Part shown: in pieces, positions 33,501 to 44,853 of the stretch | Layout: every line of letters begins with the position of its first letter | Numbering within the stretch: the first letter of the stretch is position 1 | From: a virus | Taxonomy: Duplodnaviria > Caudoviricetes | IMG/VR virus record: IMGVR_UViG_3300008450_000043 | Coordinates: 1-59,827 of that record | Direction: 5' to 3' (one strand) | Length of the DNA: 59,827 nucleotides | Made by a program: the position numbers and the translations under genes | The notes under the pieces: generated by a model | Database searches by the model: none | What the model was told of the DNA's origin: nothing | The model's input: the letters and a program-made list of their open reading frames with translations, nothing else

Positions 33501-36500
33501 GTTCGTCTCGCGGGCGGCGGCGTTGGGCGTCAGCCAACTCGGCTTCGTCTTGCTCAGCCTCGGCAATATCCTTGTCAGACACGCCTTTCTTCTTGGCCTT
33601 GGCTTTGACTGAAGCCTTGCGGACATCTTCCCCAACCACGCCGTCAACGACACCACCGCTGATCTTGGCGGGGTCACCAAGTTCACGCTCAATCTCTTCC
33701 ACAACCTTATCCACTCCCATGGTTTTGAGAGTGGCCTTGGTGCCGCGGATAAAGGAGGTGCCATAGGTAGCAACAGCGCGGTGAGGGTCGAGGATTTTAT
33801 CCTGTGCGGTTTGAACGGAACGCAAGTTCGCGCCAAAAGCAGAGGCTTCTTTTGTGACTTCGACAAGGATTGCCGCCTCGGCAGCCCGGAAGTTACCCTT
33901 TACATCAGGGTCGGTAGCCTTGATTGCAGCCTGCGTAGTCATTTTAAGAACAATGTTCTTAGCGACGTGCCTGACTCTCTCGGGCTCACTAACGTCATCC
34001 CGAATCTTTGCCGTCAACGCCTTCATATCGTCGCCAGTCATCGGCCCACTGACCGTGTGCTTCTCAACCAAGTCCCCAGCACGTTTAATCAGCTCGGGCT
34101 CAGTCAAAGAGTCATAGTCCACTTCCATATCAGCCAACGCTTCCATGGCTTCGCGGACATCTTTGGCCGCGCCGTCGAACATTCCAGACTCCAAGTCCTT
34201 CTTCGTCCGTTGAGCGGTGCCAAAACGAGCATCCCCATAGGCAGTAGATGCCGCAGCCGTTGCAATGAGACGCTCAGCAATATCGGGGATGCCGCCTGTG
34301 ATTTGATCTACTGTCATGCCGTTGGCGGACAGGAACGAAGCAGTGTTGAGAGCTGCGCGTAGAGACACAGGGTCTGCGGAGGCATTCCAGCGAGCGGCCA
34401 CCCGGCGGAAGTAGGCCGTCAAGTAGGCGAGCACTCGGTTCAAGGAGCGAGGCTCGGTCTTGGTGATGGCCCGGACATCTTCCGTCGTGAACCCCGAGCG
34501 AACCCGCTGGCGGGTCCGGCGAAGGTACTCGTCGGCAAGGATTGCCATGGCTTTGGCCTGCTCAAGCGGCGTCATGTTGGGTCCGTCACCGGCGGCACGA
34601 GCCACTTCTTCTGGAGAAGCGTCGGGTCCAGCAATCGAACGAGCTAGATTTCGGCGTTCTGCTGGGTCCATACCCAGCCCAATACGGATGAGGTCCGTGT
34701 CAGAAAAACGACGGTGAATTTCGAGGTGATCAACCTCTTCCTCAAGCCCAGCACGAAGGCGGCGTTTGATGTCCGCTTCGGACATACCAGCAGTTCTCCA
34801 CTCAGTGACTACCTGAGCTAGATTGTTCACGTCAACGTGGATGACATTCGAGTCACGGTTGCCCGTCACCCAAAGTGTGAGTCCTGTGCCTTCTGGGGCA
34901 ACAGTTGCCTGAAGCGGGGTGTTGCTATCAACTTCCTCCAAGATGGAAGTGACCAAGCCCAAAGCCGCGGCACGTTGTGCGGGGAGAGCCGGAGGAGACC
35001 CAGCGGGTTTCAGAACAACAGAGGCGTTAGGGTTTGTGCCCGGAGAGGAAGTCTGAGGACCTGATACAGGCACTTCATCGTTCGTCACCTCTTCTACCGT
35101 CTGCTCCAGAGTCTTGTCATCGGGGTCTGAGACATCTTCATTAGTCTCGTTTTTAGCCGCGGCAATAGCGGGAGAGGTGGCCTTGATAACGGCAGCCGCA
35201 ACAGGAGTGCCCGACTCAGGCACGAAGAACAGCTTGTTGAGTAGGGCCGCAGTCTTGACTCCGTTGGAGGGGGACAAGGACATCAGTCGGAGCGACTCCA
35301 CCACTGCCGTGTGATACACCGAACCAAGGTTCACCTTGATCTTGGCAGCCGGGTTGAGGAAGTCCATCAGCAGCTGAGCGATGAAGCGGGAAACGCGGGA
35401 CAGAAGTCCTTTGAAACCAGTTCCGCCTGCCGCTTTTTGCTCGTTGAGCGCTCGGACAAAAGACGGGTTGGTGTAAAGACCCATGACAAACTCGCGGACA
35501 TTCTGGGTTTCTTTGGGGAACATATCCCCAAAAAGCTTCACCGCTTCCATACGCAGCTCTTCCAGAGCCACCAGTGTGGGATGAACACCCTCGCCGCGAC
35601 CAAGCGTTTCCAAGGCTTGACCAATACCGCCCTCAACCGCGCTACCCAAGGCACGATTGAGCGCTTCTTGCGTCATACGCTGGAGCATTGCTTGCTGCAC
35701 GTGCTTGGCAAAAGCCTCCATGATACGAGGACTATCCCCTTCAGGGAAGGCGTTGAGGTCCACAATCAACTGGTTGCCTTTCCATGCAACTGGAGTCGAG
35801 GTGTTGCCGTTTGCAACAGCGGAGACAACCACCTCAAAAGAGTAGGACTCCCGAACTTTTTCAAGAAGCTCGGCCAACATTGAAGCAATGGCACCATCTT
35901 TAACTTCCACGGCTGCCTGAGTTGGTGGCGCAAGAAGAGGGATGCGAGCTTGTTGGTAAGCCGTATCAGGGTCTATCCCGGCCTCAATAGCTGCGGTGTA
36001 CCGCGCCATATCGAGAGGCTCACGACGAACAGAAGGCTGGAAACTCTTCGCAGCTTCTGTCCGATTCTTGGCACGGTTGCTGAAGTAGCTCAGCAGGCGA
36101 GTCAACGACTGCGCCGACATCTGCATGGAGCTATCATTATCGTTCCTCCAATTAGTTGTATCTACTCCAAAGCGTTCCAGCTCTTCGCGGAACCGTTGAA
36201 GCGCCTCTACGGAGAACCGTGGGGCGGCAGGGTTCGCAGGCATGTCGAACATAGGACCCAACAGGGCTCTGAGGTTCTCACGAATAGAATCAAAAACCAG
36301 CCGCTCGGCCCCACGCTGAGCTCGGAGACGAGCTGCCTGAAGCGTTTTGGCGTTTTCAATCGTTTGGGTCAGCGTCTCTCGCTCTTGCTCAAGACGCTGC
36401 CTGTATTCTGGAGACAGGTCTGGCCGCCTCAAGTCTTCCTGAATTTGTGCTAAAGCCTCTTGGGCTGTGGGGAGACCTTCAACCGTGGGGGCCAAGAAGG

Positions 36501-39500
36501 GAGACTCAATACCTGAGAGGGTAGCAATCTGATAGCGCACAATATCGAGATGCTCCAGCATCCCCGTGCCACTCGTATTCTTGGCGATCGTCACCATCTC
36601 CTCAAGAGACATCTGGTTGATCTCCCCAGCGCTATAAAGCGGGTTGCCGCTTGGCTTTTGTGTAATTTCGAGAAGTGCCGTCACTGTCTCCTCATGTAGC
36701 CGGACAAGAATGCGGGCAAGGTTGGGGAACTTACGGGCTGTCTGTCCTGAGAATCCAAGACTGTTAACTTTGGGAAGCAGTCTTGATACCTGCTCCATTT
36801 CTACCTCAGTCAGTTCTGGGCCATAAGTTAAGGTGACTTCACCCGTTTGAGATGCAACAGTAAAGGCTGCTCCTCGGCGGTGAAGGTCCAAGATTTGACG
36901 GGCGGTAGCGAGCTCTTCATTACTGGCACCATTTCGACTAAGCACGCGGAGAGTGCGGTCAGGGTCACCGTCTAAGACACGCTCGCTAAGAGCGATGCCC
37001 AGCAGAGACTTCTCATCATTGGTGAGAGGTTCCTCTTCAGCGTCTAGCGCTTCGGGGGCCGCAACGCTACCTGCAAGCAATTCTCCCGTAGAACCGTCAA
37101 CGGGAGCATCCAATGACATCAGGACAGCGTCCCCGCCAAACGGGTCTGCTCGGCGGAGCATCCGGTAAAAGGACCTCACTACTCCCCGCGTTACGAGGTC
37201 AAGATTGATGCTTCCAACACCCTGCTTCTTGCGGAAGGTGTTAATGACTGTCTGCACCACAGCATTCTGCAACCGTCCTGACGCAATAATTCCCGCGAGG
37301 TCAGCATGGCGAGCAATCAGATCAGCCTCGTTTTCGCTCATGTACTCCACGGCTCGTTGATATTGAGCTGCTTCTTCTGCGGCGAATTGTTCCAACTCTG
37401 CCGGGTCTTTGATGTTTTCTGGGACTGGAACGACACTTTCAGGACGCTCTGCCCAGACAGTCGTAGCGAACTGCTTCTCCATTTTACGGACAATCTTGAG
37501 TAGTCGGAGCTGCTCTTGTTTAGCGTCGTCCAGATTTTTAAGCTGGTTGCCCTCACGCTGAAGCGACTGGACTCGACGAGTCACCGCATACAGTTGGTCC
37601 TTGGCTTCAGTCAAGGACATGCCGTACTCCTGCTCTAAAGCGGACAGCTGTTCAGCTATATCAGCTGAACGCTGGCCGATTGGGCGGCGGTCATTCCACA
37701 GTTGAGCATAAGCGTCTGGTCCATCCTCGATGGACACCTCTGCATCAGCCCCCAAGGCGGCAACTTTAACATTCTTCACGAGGCGAGTATTAGGGTCATA
37801 CTCAATATGAGGGTGAACTGCGTCCCCAACTTCAGGCGGGATGAATACAGAGTACCCTTTGGAAATCTGCATAGCCGTGACTTCCGGCACGTTAGTAAAG
37901 AACCCTTGCACGATTACACGCGGGGCTCCTTCAAGTTGTTGAATGATAAAAGTATCGCCGCTGCGCTGGACAACCTCAAAAGTTCCTCCGGGAACGATCA
38001 GGTTATCGCCCACTTTGCGAACTTGGGCAGAACGCACTTCCATCACAGCGCCCCCTACAAGGGCCGCGTGAGCCTTTGCCTCAGCAAGGTCAGTAGTGAC
38101 GTGCTGTGCAGGCATGACTTGGTTCGTTCCCTCTGTGCGAAGGGCATAATAATCCCCGGCCTTGTCGTTTCGGCGTGGGGCTTGCTCATTGTAAGACAGC
38201 ACACGATAAAGCTTGGTCCCTTCTGGGAGAGAATGAACAGGAGACTTTTCCAAGGCGCTGTTTAGGGGCACCGACCCCTTGCCAAGACCTGAAGTCACCA
38301 CCGAAAACCGACGAGACTTATTGTCAGCAAGAACTTGAGCGGCCTCACTACGGAGTTTTGCGGCAGCCTTCTTGTTCTTAGTAGCCGCTGCGGCCTGACG
38401 CAGGGCTTGTTCTTTCTCAAACTCGGCTTTGGTGGCGAACGGCCAGTAAGAAGCCTCTTCCAATTTAGCTTTGTCTTTAGAGCTAAGTTCTCCCTCAGCA
38501 CGAGCGGGCTGTGCGACCTCTTGAGGAATCAAGCGATTGATCGAGGGAAAAAGCCCCTCGCTGTAAAGTTTATCCCGGTCTTTTGCTTTCTCAATTTTGG
38601 AGGGGTCTCCCCGCACAAACTTGGTGGAGTCTCCTTCTACGCGACCCCCAGTCCACAAAGAGGTAGGAGTATCTTCCTCAGCTGGGAAGCGAGCCTGATA
38701 TTCCTCTTGGATGCGGCTCATCACAGCATTGGCAAAGGAAAGATGGCGCGAGATGTCAACGCTCAGATTGAGCGTGTCTAGTTCTTGCTTAGAGATTCCA
38801 AGCTTTGCCGCGGCGGCTTCGCGTTGCTTGCGAATTTTGTCCCGCAACCTAGCCTTATTGACTCGAATGACTGGGCGTCCATCTTCCCAACCCCATTGCA
38901 CAAGCCCGCGGTCAACAGTGTCTTTGACAAAGTTAGGAACCACATAGGCGTCAATTTTGCGGAGTGTTTCTGGGCGAGTATCACCTTCATACGTCCAGTC
39001 GGGAGGAGTCACATTCTCGTCCACTGGAACATCTGTGGCCTCCGTGGCAAGTTCCGCAGCCAAGTCCACTTCGGATAGAGGAGCGCTCACTGCATTAACC
39101 CTACTCAGGTTGGCGATGTCCTGAGTCAAAGTTTGCTTTGCCTGCTCAAACATCCGCCGCTCATTTGGTTTGATCTGTGGGTCTTCCAGCGCTTTCTGAA
39201 CTTGCAGCAACGACCGTTGCAAGTCTGCAACACGGGCGGCTGTTTCAGGGCTTGGGCGCGGACGAGGTGGAGGGGCCTGACGGGCGGCAAACATTGGCGG
39301 GCGCACAACTGCTGCCTGAGTACCCTCAAGCTGGGTAATCAGCTGCGCCATCTTCTGGGTGTTGAAGCCCCCAAGGAAATGCTCCAGAGCATTTGTGTAC
39401 TCTAGCAGAGCTGGGCGAGCCCCGACTAGACCACGGATAAACTTGAGCAGAGCCTTAATCCATTTGGAGAACCCTGTCTTTTGAGGGGCAGTCAGACTGA

Positions 39501-42500
39501 CTAAGTCACTGGTCAACTTCCCTTCTATGATAGCTTGCACCACTTCAGCCATTCTGACATCGTCAGACGTAATTGCGCCGAAGCCCGGGTAGATTTCCTC
39601 CATCACTTTAATGAGGCCCGCGTCTCTTACGACAGGAAGAGCGTCGGCATAAAGCTTGCGAGCTTCTGGGTCTGAGCGAAGCAACAACTCTTCAGCAAAG
39701 TGAACTCCTTCATGGAACAGTACATCTCGCACTGCCGGAGATCCTTCTTCAGCAAGCTCATCGGCAAAGAGCACAATAACCACACCATCCTGAGTCGGGA
39801 CTGTTGCTCCGTATTTGCCCGGAGGAAGAGTCTGCCCCACAAAAGCTTCAGCCTCGGCACGAGTGTTAAAAATGTTCACTGCTCCACCGCCAAGCACGGT
39901 TTCAATCAAGCTGAGTTTGCTCTTAGAAATCGGGCGGCCTTTCTGGGCCTTGACTAGTTTCTCAACCTTTTTGATTGGGTCTCCGGCTTTAGCCTTTGCG
40001 GCTTTGCGGGCCGGAGGAGCGACAACTTCTGTCAAAGTTTTCTGAGCTTCGGCTTCGGGGGCCGGAGACTTAGCGTCTTCGATTGCCTGTAAATCAGCCT
40101 CGACACTCATCAGCTCATCTGTAAGAGCCTCATACTCGCTATCAGAAACAGTGTTTTCGGGGTCAAGGCTGTTAAGCCGATTCCTCAGCTCAGCAGCTTT
40201 ATCTCTGAGCGCCTGCTCGGGAGACTTCGCAGGCGTAGGGGCTGTAACCCCCACGCCCGGAGTTGCAGCTGGAGTTACATTTTCCGCTTGGCCTTGGGCT
40301 TGGCCTTCGACTTGCCCGCTGACGAGAGGGCGATTGCCACCGCCTGTTTCTGCGGCTTGCCTTCCTTCATCATCTTGGACACGTTCTTGCTGACGGTTTT
40401 CTGGGATGTTCCTTTGTATAGAGGCATCGGGTGTTGTGGGTGTTGGTGTTTGTGTTGGTGTTTCTGCCGCAACCGGAGTGGCTGCGGAAGCTGGTGTCTG
40501 CGGGAGTTCAGGCGTAAAGACTTGCTTAGAGTTACTATCGTAGATTGCGACAATTCGGTTTGCCGGAACAAACCCGGGGTTCTCCGCAGTGACTGACCTC
40601 AGCCTACGATACTCATCAAGAGGGATGTCCATGATGAGGACTTTATCCCCAAATTTCTCGCGGCTCATAGGCCCCGCCACGCTTGTATTGAGGCGTTCAG
40701 CGAGGTCTTGATTGTTCCCAAAACTGTCTGTTGTTGCGTCAATAACTCCCTGTTTCGAGTAATCGAAGCGGCCAGACTGCAAGATAGCTCGGATAGATTG
40801 ACCAGAGGTGCCGTGGGTCAAACGAATCATCCCTTCTGGGATAGAGGGGAGAGCCTCCGCAGTGATATTAGCGGGGGGAGTTTCAGGCACTGGAGAGGTA
40901 GTCAGAGCTTCCTCCGAAAATTTAGGGGTAGCTGGAGTAACTGCTTCAGGAGCGGGAGCAGGAGCAGGAGCTGCCGCGAGCGGAAGAGGTTGGAGATTTT
41001 CACCAAAATCTCGCTCGGATAATGTGGCCGGGGTCTCTTCTCCAAAAAGCGCGGCAATGTCTTCTATCCGAACATCCGTGTAGGAGACCGGGATTGCCGG
41101 ATTGTTGGGGCGCTCTCGTGTAAGGGCTGCTTCACCGGGCAGAGCTTCTCCAAAACGGTAATAACGCACCCGCCCTTCAGGGACAGGGGGCTCTTCAAAA
41201 ACTTTGGGCTCGGGAGCAGGAGCAGGAGCTTCAACAGGAGCTTCAACAGGAGCTTCCTCCGCAGGAGGAGCCGCCGCGGCTGCCGGTTTCCTTAGCCCGC
41301 CCTGAATCAAGTTATTGGCAACTTCAGGGGTGAATTGAGCAATGTCCGCTTGAGTGTATCCAAGCTCAGCCAGCTGACGATTCATGTCTTTCGTCACAAA
41401 CAGGCCAACGCCACTCGCAGGAGGGGCTGCCGGAGCAGGGGCCTCAGCCGGACGAGTTGCCGCACGTGGGGCAGGGGCTGGAGGAGTTGCCTCAGCAACA
41501 GGCGTCGGGGCCGCTGCGGTTGGAGCCTCACCCGGACGAGTTGCTGCACGTGGGGCAGGGGCTGGAGGTGGCGCTTCAGCAGGCGCAGCAGTTTCAACAA
41601 CTGGGGGCTTCCGCAGTCCTGATTGAATCAAATCCGTTGCCGCTTGAGGGGTAAGCTGATTGATGTCGGCTTGCGTGTACCCAAGATCAGCAAGCTGTTG
41701 CCTCATGTCCCGCGTCACCATCATCGGGAAGCTGACCCCAGAAGTAGGAGGTGCTTCCTCAACAGGAGCAAGTCCAGCAGCAAGCCTTGCCGCAGCGGTC
41801 CGCTCAGCCAATTCACCAGCCTGCTTACGCAACTCAGCTGCGGTCTGCGGCGAGCCTGTTTCTTCAAGCCCTTTGCTGGCAGACAGAAGATCAGCCACGG
41901 GTTTGGCCCGCAAGGCAGCCTGCTTCTCCGCCGAGTAGTTGGCAGCCGCTTTGACCCCGCCAAAGAAACCACCCAAGAACCCACCCCACGCACCAGACTC
42001 AAACACGTCCGACGCAATGTCTCCAATAGACCGGTTCGGGTCGTACGTCATCTTGTCAACGAGCCCATTGACCAACGAGTCTGACGCTTCCTCAATCGCT
42101 TCGGGGACCACTTCTTTGCCAGCTGTCTTGAAAAGATAAACGGCAAAGTTGTCTTTGAGGGCCTTGGCTGTGCCACGGCTTACGCCGCGCAAAGTGCCTG
42201 AACCTGCAAGGGCAGCTTCACCTGTGTCTCCTCCCAGCTTGTTGCCAGCCCACGTCACAGCCATGGTGACGAACCCACGGCGCAAGGCTTGATAGGTAGC
42301 GGTGTCCACGGCGGTCTTCTCTGCTTGAGCCAGCTTGGCCTCATACTCAGGGTCCTCTTTATCGAGCGTGGAAGACAAATCTGAGAGGACTTGATCTCGA
42401 ATCTCAGGATAGGAGCTGCCAGCAGCCTGCAACCCTGAAGCAAGAACGACAGCTGCCTGACCTCCCGCAGAGTGGATAGCCTGCTCTCGGAGCAACATCT

Positions 42501-43860
42501 TAGCGACTGGAGCAACTTCAGCTTCAGCGAGCCCGAGGGTCTTGGCAATTTGCCCGGCAGTCTGCTTCTCGGCAAGCAAGGCCCGGATTCGGGGAAGTTG
42601 CAGCCCCACACGTGAGGCAGCGCCACTGGCAAGAGAAGACGCAGCTCGGCCTGTCAGGGCAAACCCTGCACGAGCAGCGGTGCGGGCCGCTGCACCAGAA
42701 ACAAGGGCTCCAGCACCCCGTCCAACAGGACCTAGTGCAACAAGCGGAGCCATCTGGAGAACTTGGCTGGACGCCTGAGAGGCAAGAGTTGCCCCACCAA
42801 TGTTCTTTGAAGCCTCCCCAAGCTCACCAAGTTGTTGAGTTGCAGCCGTCAAGCGGTTCTCGTCCATCTCATCTGCCAGCCCCGCTAGAGACTTCAGGCC
42901 ATAGTACTGCTGCACCAAAGAAGTTCCGGCCATGCGGGCACCAAGGAAGGTCTGCTTCATCGGGTTTTTCCACCAGTGGTCATTCTGCTTGCGCCACTTC
43001 TCCACAATGTCGGCTTCTGTGGCCTGTGGATTGCGGGAGAGTTCATAGTCCCGCATCTTGGTGAAGTCGTTGCCAATGCCAATAAGCCCCTCACCGTACG
43101 TGCTCTCCGTCTTGAGCATGTTGTCAGAAACCGAAGCAGCTACCTGATCACGAAGCTCCCCCAACTCAGCCATCGCTCGGATTTTGGCGTCACGGTCCAG
43201 AGAAGATTCTGCAACAGCTTTCTTGTACTTATCTCGGTCGAGAACTAGCGAGGGGGAAGCCACAAAACGTCCGTTGAAGATTGCGAAATCTTCCTCGTCT
43301 TGGAAAACTTTGCGCAACGTGTCGCGCTCTTTTTCTTCAGGGGCAGCAATAAGTCCTTCGACCACCCCCGGGAGTTGGGCGGTTGCCCCAGCGGCGGGCG
43401 AAGCTGCCGCCTGAGCTAAGTCGAGCCCTAGTGTGGCGAGTTGGGCGATTGCCCCAGCGGCGGGCGAAGCTGCCGCCTGAGCTAAGTCGAACCCTAGTGT
43501 GGTGGCGTCAGTAAGAGGTGCCAGAGGTTTGCGAGACAAACTGTCTTGAAGCAGCTTCTGACGGGACTCTTCTTCAGCGCGATACTGCTCCACAGAGCGA
43601 TCGGCGTCTTGTTGCCATGTAGGAGAGCCACTCAATTCAGCGGCTTTGCGGCGAGAGAATACTTGAAACCGGTCAAAATCCTCCCGCGTAAAGGCATTTT
43701 CATCCTTTAGCGAAGCATCCAGCAGCATGTTGCGCCAGTTGTTGAAAGCCGCAAGTTGAGTGGGTTTATCCGCAGCTACAAACTGAGGGTCACTTTCAAC
43801 TTCTCCCCAAGAAGGGATTTGACTAAGAGGCAACGTGGAAGAAGCAGGAGGATTGGGCAT
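30499..43860 (-). CDS. Giant (4453 aa) polyvalent / internal virion ejection protein
   Basis: 13.4-kb ORF at end of structural arm; HGT-type ART-like segment, LYR-type ART-like segment, HEGVH zincin, N.REF...NP motif, LPD38/gp16-like C-terminus. Confidence 0.85.
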   Translation of the reverse strand: MPNPPASSTLPLSQIPSWGEVESDPQFVAADKPTQLAAFNNWRNMLLDASLKDENAFTREDFDRFQVFSRRKAAELSGSPTWQQDADRSVEQYRAEEESRQKLLQDSLSRKPLAPLTDATTLGFDLAQAAASPAAGAIAQLATLGLDLAQAAASPAAGATAQLPGVVEGLIAAPEEKERDTLRKVFQDEEDFAIFNGRFVASPSLVLDRDKYKKAVAESSLDRDAKIRAMAELGELRDQVAASVSDNMLKTESTYGEGLIGIGNDFTKMRDYELSRNPQATEADIVEKWRKQNDHWWKNPMKQTFLGARMAGTSLVQQYYGLKSLAGLADEMDENRLTAATQQLGELGEASKNIGGATLASQASSQVLQMAPLVALGPVGRGAGALVSGAAARTAARAGFALTGRAASSLASGAASRVGLQLPRIRALLAEKQTAGQIAKTLGLAEAEVAPVAKMLLREQAIHSAGGQAAVVLASGLQAAGSSYPEIRDQVLSDLSSTLDKEDPEYEAKLAQAEKTAVDTATYQALRRGFVTMAVTWAGNKLGGDTGEAALAGSGTLRGVSRGTAKALKDNFAVYLFKTAGKEVVPEAIEEASDSLVNGLVDKMTYDPNRSIGDIASDVFESGAWGGFLGGFFGGVKAAANYSAEKQAALRAKPVADLLSASKGLEETGSPQTAAELRKQAGELAERTAAARLAAGLAPVEEAPPTSGVSFPMMVTRDMRQQLADLGYTQADINQLTPQAATDLIQSGLRKPPVVETAAPAEAPPPAPAPRAATRPGEAPTAAAPTPVAEATPPAPAPRAATRPAEAPAPAAPPASGVGLFVTKDMNRQLAELGYTQADIAQFTPEVANNLIQGGLRKPAAAAAPPAEEAPVEAPVEAPAPAPEPKVFEEPPVPEGRVRYYRFGEALPGEAALTRERPNNPAIPVSYTDVRIEDIAALFGEETPATLSERDFGENLQPLPLAAAPAPAPAPEAVTPATPKFSEEALTTSPVPETPPANITAEALPSIPEGMIRLTHGTSGQSIRAILQSGRFDYSKQGVIDATTDSFGNNQDLAERLNTSVAGPMSREKFGDKVLIMDIPLDEYRRLRSVTAENPGFVPANRIVAIYDSNSKQVFTPELPQTPASAATPVAAETPTQTPTPTTPDASIQRNIPENRQQERVQDDEGRQAAETGGGNRPLVSGQVEGQAQGQAENVTPAATPGVGVTAPTPAKSPEQALRDKAAELRNRLNSLDPENTVSDSEYEALTDELMSVEADLQAIEDAKSPAPEAEAQKTLTEVVAPPARKAAKAKAGDPIKKVEKLVKAQKGRPISKSKLSLIETVLGGGAVNIFNTRAEAEAFVGQTLPPGKYGATVPTQDGVVIVLFADELAEEGSPAVRDVLFHEGVHFAEELLLRSDPEARKLYADALPVVRDAGLIKVMEEIYPGFGAITSDDVRMAEVVQAIIEGKLTSDLVSLTAPQKTGFSKWIKALLKFIRGLVGARPALLEYTNALEHFLGGFNTQKMAQLITQLEGTQAAVVRPPMFAARQAPPPRPRPSPETAARVADLQRSLLQVQKALEDPQIKPNERRMFEQAKQTLTQDIANLSRVNAVSAPLSEVDLAAELATEATDVPVDENVTPPDWTYEGDTRPETLRKIDAYVVPNFVKDTVDRGLVQWGWEDGRPVIRVNKARLRDKIRKQREAAAAKLGISKQELDTLNLSVDISRHLSFANAVMSRIQEEYQARFPAEEDTPTSLWTGGRVEGDSTKFVRGDPSKIEKAKDRDKLYSEGLFPSINRLIPQEVAQPARAEGELSSKDKAKLEEASYWPFATKAEFEKEQALRQAAAATKNKKAAAKLRSEAAQVLADNKSRRFSVVTSGLGKGSVPLNSALEKSPVHSLPEGTKLYRVLSYNEQAPRRNDKAGDYYALRTEGTNQVMPAQHVTTDLAEAKAHAALVGGAVMEVRSAQVRKVGDNLIVPGGTFEVVQRSGDTFIIQQLEGAPRVIVQGFFTNVPEVTAMQISKGYSVFIPPEVGDAVHPHIEYDPNTRLVKNVKVAALGADAEVSIEDGPDAYAQLWNDRRPIGQRSADIAEQLSALEQEYGMSLTEAKDQLYAVTRRVQSLQREGNQLKNLDDAKQEQLRLLKIVRKMEKQFATTVWAERPESVVPVPENIKDPAELEQFAAEEAAQYQRAVEYMSENEADLIARHADLAGIIASGRLQNAVVQTVINTFRKKQGVGSINLDLVTRGVVRSFYRMLRRADPFGGDAVLMSLDAPVDGSTGELLAGSVAAPEALDAEEEPLTNDEKSLLGIALSERVLDGDPDRTLRVLSRNGASNEELATARQILDLHRRGAAFTVASQTGEVTLTYGPELTEVEMEQVSRLLPKVNSLGFSGQTARKFPNLARILVRLHEETVTALLEITQKPSGNPLYSAGEINQMSLEEMVTIAKNTSGTGMLEHLDIVRYQIATLSGIESPFLAPTVEGLPTAQEALAQIQEDLRRPDLSPEYRQRLEQERETLTQTIENAKTLQAARLRAQRGAERLVFDSIRENLRALLGPMFDMPANPAAPRFSVEALQRFREELERFGVDTTNWRNDNDSSMQMSAQSLTRLLSYFSNRAKNRTEAAKSFQPSVRREPLDMARYTAAIEAGIDPDTAYQQARIPLLAPPTQAAVEVKDGAIASMLAELLEKVRESYSFEVVVSAVANGNTSTPVAWKGNQLIVDLNAFPEGDSPRIMEAFAKHVQQAMLQRMTQEALNRALGSAVEGGIGQALETLGRGEGVHPTLVALEELRMEAVKLFGDMFPKETQNVREFVMGLYTNPSFVRALNEQKAAGGTGFKGLLSRVSRFIAQLLMDFLNPAAKIKVNLGSVYHTAVVESLRLMSLSPSNGVKTAALLNKLFFVPESGTPVAAAVIKATSPAIAAAKNETNEDVSDPDDKTLEQTVEEVTNDEVPVSGPQTSSPGTNPNASVVLKPAGSPPALPAQRAAALGLVTSILEEVDSNTPLQATVAPEGTGLTLWVTGNRDSNVIHVDVNNLAQVVTEWRTAGMSEADIKRRLRAGLEEEVDHLEIHRRFSDTDLIRIGLGMDPAERRNLARSIAGPDASPEEVARAAGDGPNMTPLEQAKAMAILADEYLRRTRQRVRSGFTTEDVRAITKTEPRSLNRVLAYLTAYFRRVAARWNASADPVSLRAALNTASFLSANGMTVDQITGGIPDIAERLIATAAASTAYGDARFGTAQRTKKDLESGMFDGAAKDVREAMEALADMEVDYDSLTEPELIKRAGDLVEKHTVSGPMTGDDMKALTAKIRDDVSEPERVRHVAKNIVLKMTTQAAIKATDPDVKGNFRAAEAAILVEVTKEASAFGANLRSVQTAQDKILDPHRAVATYGTSFIRGTKATLKTMGVDKVVEEIERELGDPAKISGGVVDGVVGEDVRKASVKAKAKKKGVSDKDIAEAEQDEAELADAQRRRPRDELAEAVAEVMVKRVAKRLQGRIPPADKGAFDDWFKRVQAEVSRQVSAKLSDGSPDNEKVPNTVWSRFMQNAEDADILRQAFDSSMADIRRQLAPGGDPNFNGPPTQEQVDKLTRTLALLEGARAEVLPMKDAAQLVRQSFRFREEVKAHVSDQLASVASLTKMLVEVGELDETQAKLVAKYIEIAYEEEKAKYIQKLIERYKRSDLAASAATVVDKLSRSEELAQFARMGAFRSEEFYSAIARSLELPTYDTKVVEQLEADLAAINAMPKDSIQRLDAGRELSSKVADLILKQLVSSNSLKGLLQKHPEVLWTYLVEVPTSMWKAGILSGFGTQQVNLVFGSLQSIMDLTNNAVGYAMTAPKGNRASLMARNLFTIFKSALLLDPATRAETITEMKRALFTGSTRFQSEQTESLSRLERDLPLVGKITKPYSLLGRVMMVIDALVGVPANMARQRMAIAHLATKQGYDADQMRELLSKAFSPEETVMRQIENQLDGEASSFALSKNPALMREARRNELLEQYRDSLAKNLSAGADIITEGRISANVANLSSQPKGFAGWVMDGIFGSLERKTRGATSLLVPFARSLANMLDFSLAMSFFPVSFLRAYNMSPSSWMPDSMISETYRRQQVERGSQEFYKLMSQGFMSTFLTAGLAMAVFEMFRAMADDEEPFIAAYGDGPADAEKRNQLRLRAPFWKPNVLKIGSFYANWKDLPGINLLLGGIAALSDSVINAQEKGRRVRPSQFAVNSMIQLTRAMFAKQPLQGLEDASKLLFGRAEGGASLDKVLMKMASSWVGGVTNPRILRDVEDMTRGLLSETGETPMIETAKTWSDALQSVLPGSSLLFDRPAILNARGKEVTSFWFAPFTKRLLPDMESPHTDEIITPLVSAGLYLSPPESQMAFKTWKDPEDRAAGIDPDGAILSSFDSDVAREALILYGEQMTAMLQSGNVINNLVRFAERGQVEREAAQKALDSISSAARKYAQSKLQRRILDGELLPHWQQ
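40275..40427 (-). CDS. Overprinted 50-aa basic protein inside the giant gene (alternative frame)
   Basis: [41 protein letters not shown]...; preceded by A/C-rich leader like other genes of this phage. Confidence 0.7.
   Translation of the reverse strand: MPLYKGTSQKTVSKNVSKMMKEGKPQKQAVAIALSSAGKSKAKPKAKRKM
43373..43502. repeat. 66-bp tandem duplication near 5' end of giant gene
   Basis: TLG(F/L)[13 protein letters not shown](I/T)AQL twice, near-identical DNA. Confidence 0.85.
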
Positions 43861-43902
43861 CCCGCATAATCACTCGACTCGTTGTTCTGTCAATTCTTGA
43901 CG

Positions 43903-44847
43903 TTAAGGTATTTTTGCTCCGGCTTTGGAACTTGCAGGGGTTCCGGCACCTTGAGGTCTGACCAGATCAAAGGCCCCTCTACTACGTACGTTAATCCTTT
44001 GATTAACGTCGTCTCTCCGCTGTTGAATCAGGGTTCTTTCCTCATCCGACAATGTGAGGTCCTTGAGTTGTTTATCAAGGTCATTCAGTAGAGATTGAGC
44101 TCGGTAGTACTCATCACGCTCAGCCCTCTTGGCCTTCGCTGCTCGAAGGGCCAAGTCAGCTTTCTGGCCGTAGTAAGTCTGACCCGGCTTGCCCGGCACT
44201 CCTTCCTTCAAGCTAGGCAGGTCACTAATACCTGCGTCAGCAAGGTCACGTTCAAGCTGCCATTGCTGCTCCTTCCAGCCCATTTCACCTGTAACGGCGT
44301 CACGCTCGGCGTCTGTCTTGGCCGCACCGTAATCCCGCTTGAACTGTTCAAAGAAGTCACGACGGCCCGTCTTCAGGGCAATCTGTCGAGCAAAAGCTTC
44401 ATCAGCCTTTCGTTGGGCTGCTGCTCGTTGTTCTTCCTCACGGCGTGTGTAGTACTCTTGCTGTTGCTGCATCCGGCGGGCGTACTGCGGCTCAACCAGC
44501 GCCTCTTGAGACACCCCAAGGAAAGAAGCCGCGGAGCGATTGTACAGGGCCTCGGGATTGCGAGAGACGATTTCCATCCGACGGCGAGCAAAGTCTGGGT
44601 CGTTGGGGTCCAGTTGAGCAATCTCTGACGCAACGGTTTGCAAGGCAGCCCGGGAAGCTTCGTCCCGAGCCTGTTCTGTCTTTGCCCTTTCCGCGTTGAG
44701 CTTGTCTTGCTCCATAGCGAAGAGAGTGCGTTGGCGGTCCAAGTCTTGCTTCTGCAAGGATAAAGCGTCCCCCACGAGCTTGGAGTACTCGGTGTAGTAG
44801 CCGGGGGCTAAAACCCGGCGGGCAGTGTCAGTAATCGGAGGGGGCAT
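43903..44847 (-). CDS. Putative internal virion protein
   Basis: Helical Q/R/A-rich; directly upstream of giant protein. Confidence 0.65.
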   Translation of the reverse strand: MPPPITDTARRVLAPGYYTEYSKLVGDALSLQKQDLDRQRTLFAMEQDKLNAERAKTEQARDEASRAALQTVASEIAQLDPNDPDFARRRMEIVSRNPEALYNRSAASFLGVSQEALVEPQYARRMQQQQEYYTRREEEQRAAAQRKADEAFARQIALKTGRRDFFEQFKRDYGAAKTDAERDAVTGEMGWKEQQWQLERDLADAGISDLPSLKEGVPGKPGQTYYGQKADLALRAAKAKRAERDEYYRAQSLLNDLDKQLKDLTLSDEERTLIQQRRDDVNQRINVRSRGAFDLVRPQGAGTPASSKAGAKIP

Positions 44848-44853
44848 GTTGGT

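Noticed and set aside
30499-43860. N4-like or crAss-like virion RNA polymerase
   Set aside because: No single-subunit motif A/B/C or DxDGD motif found by eye; architecture fits polyvalent ejection proteins (HHpred needed to be sure)
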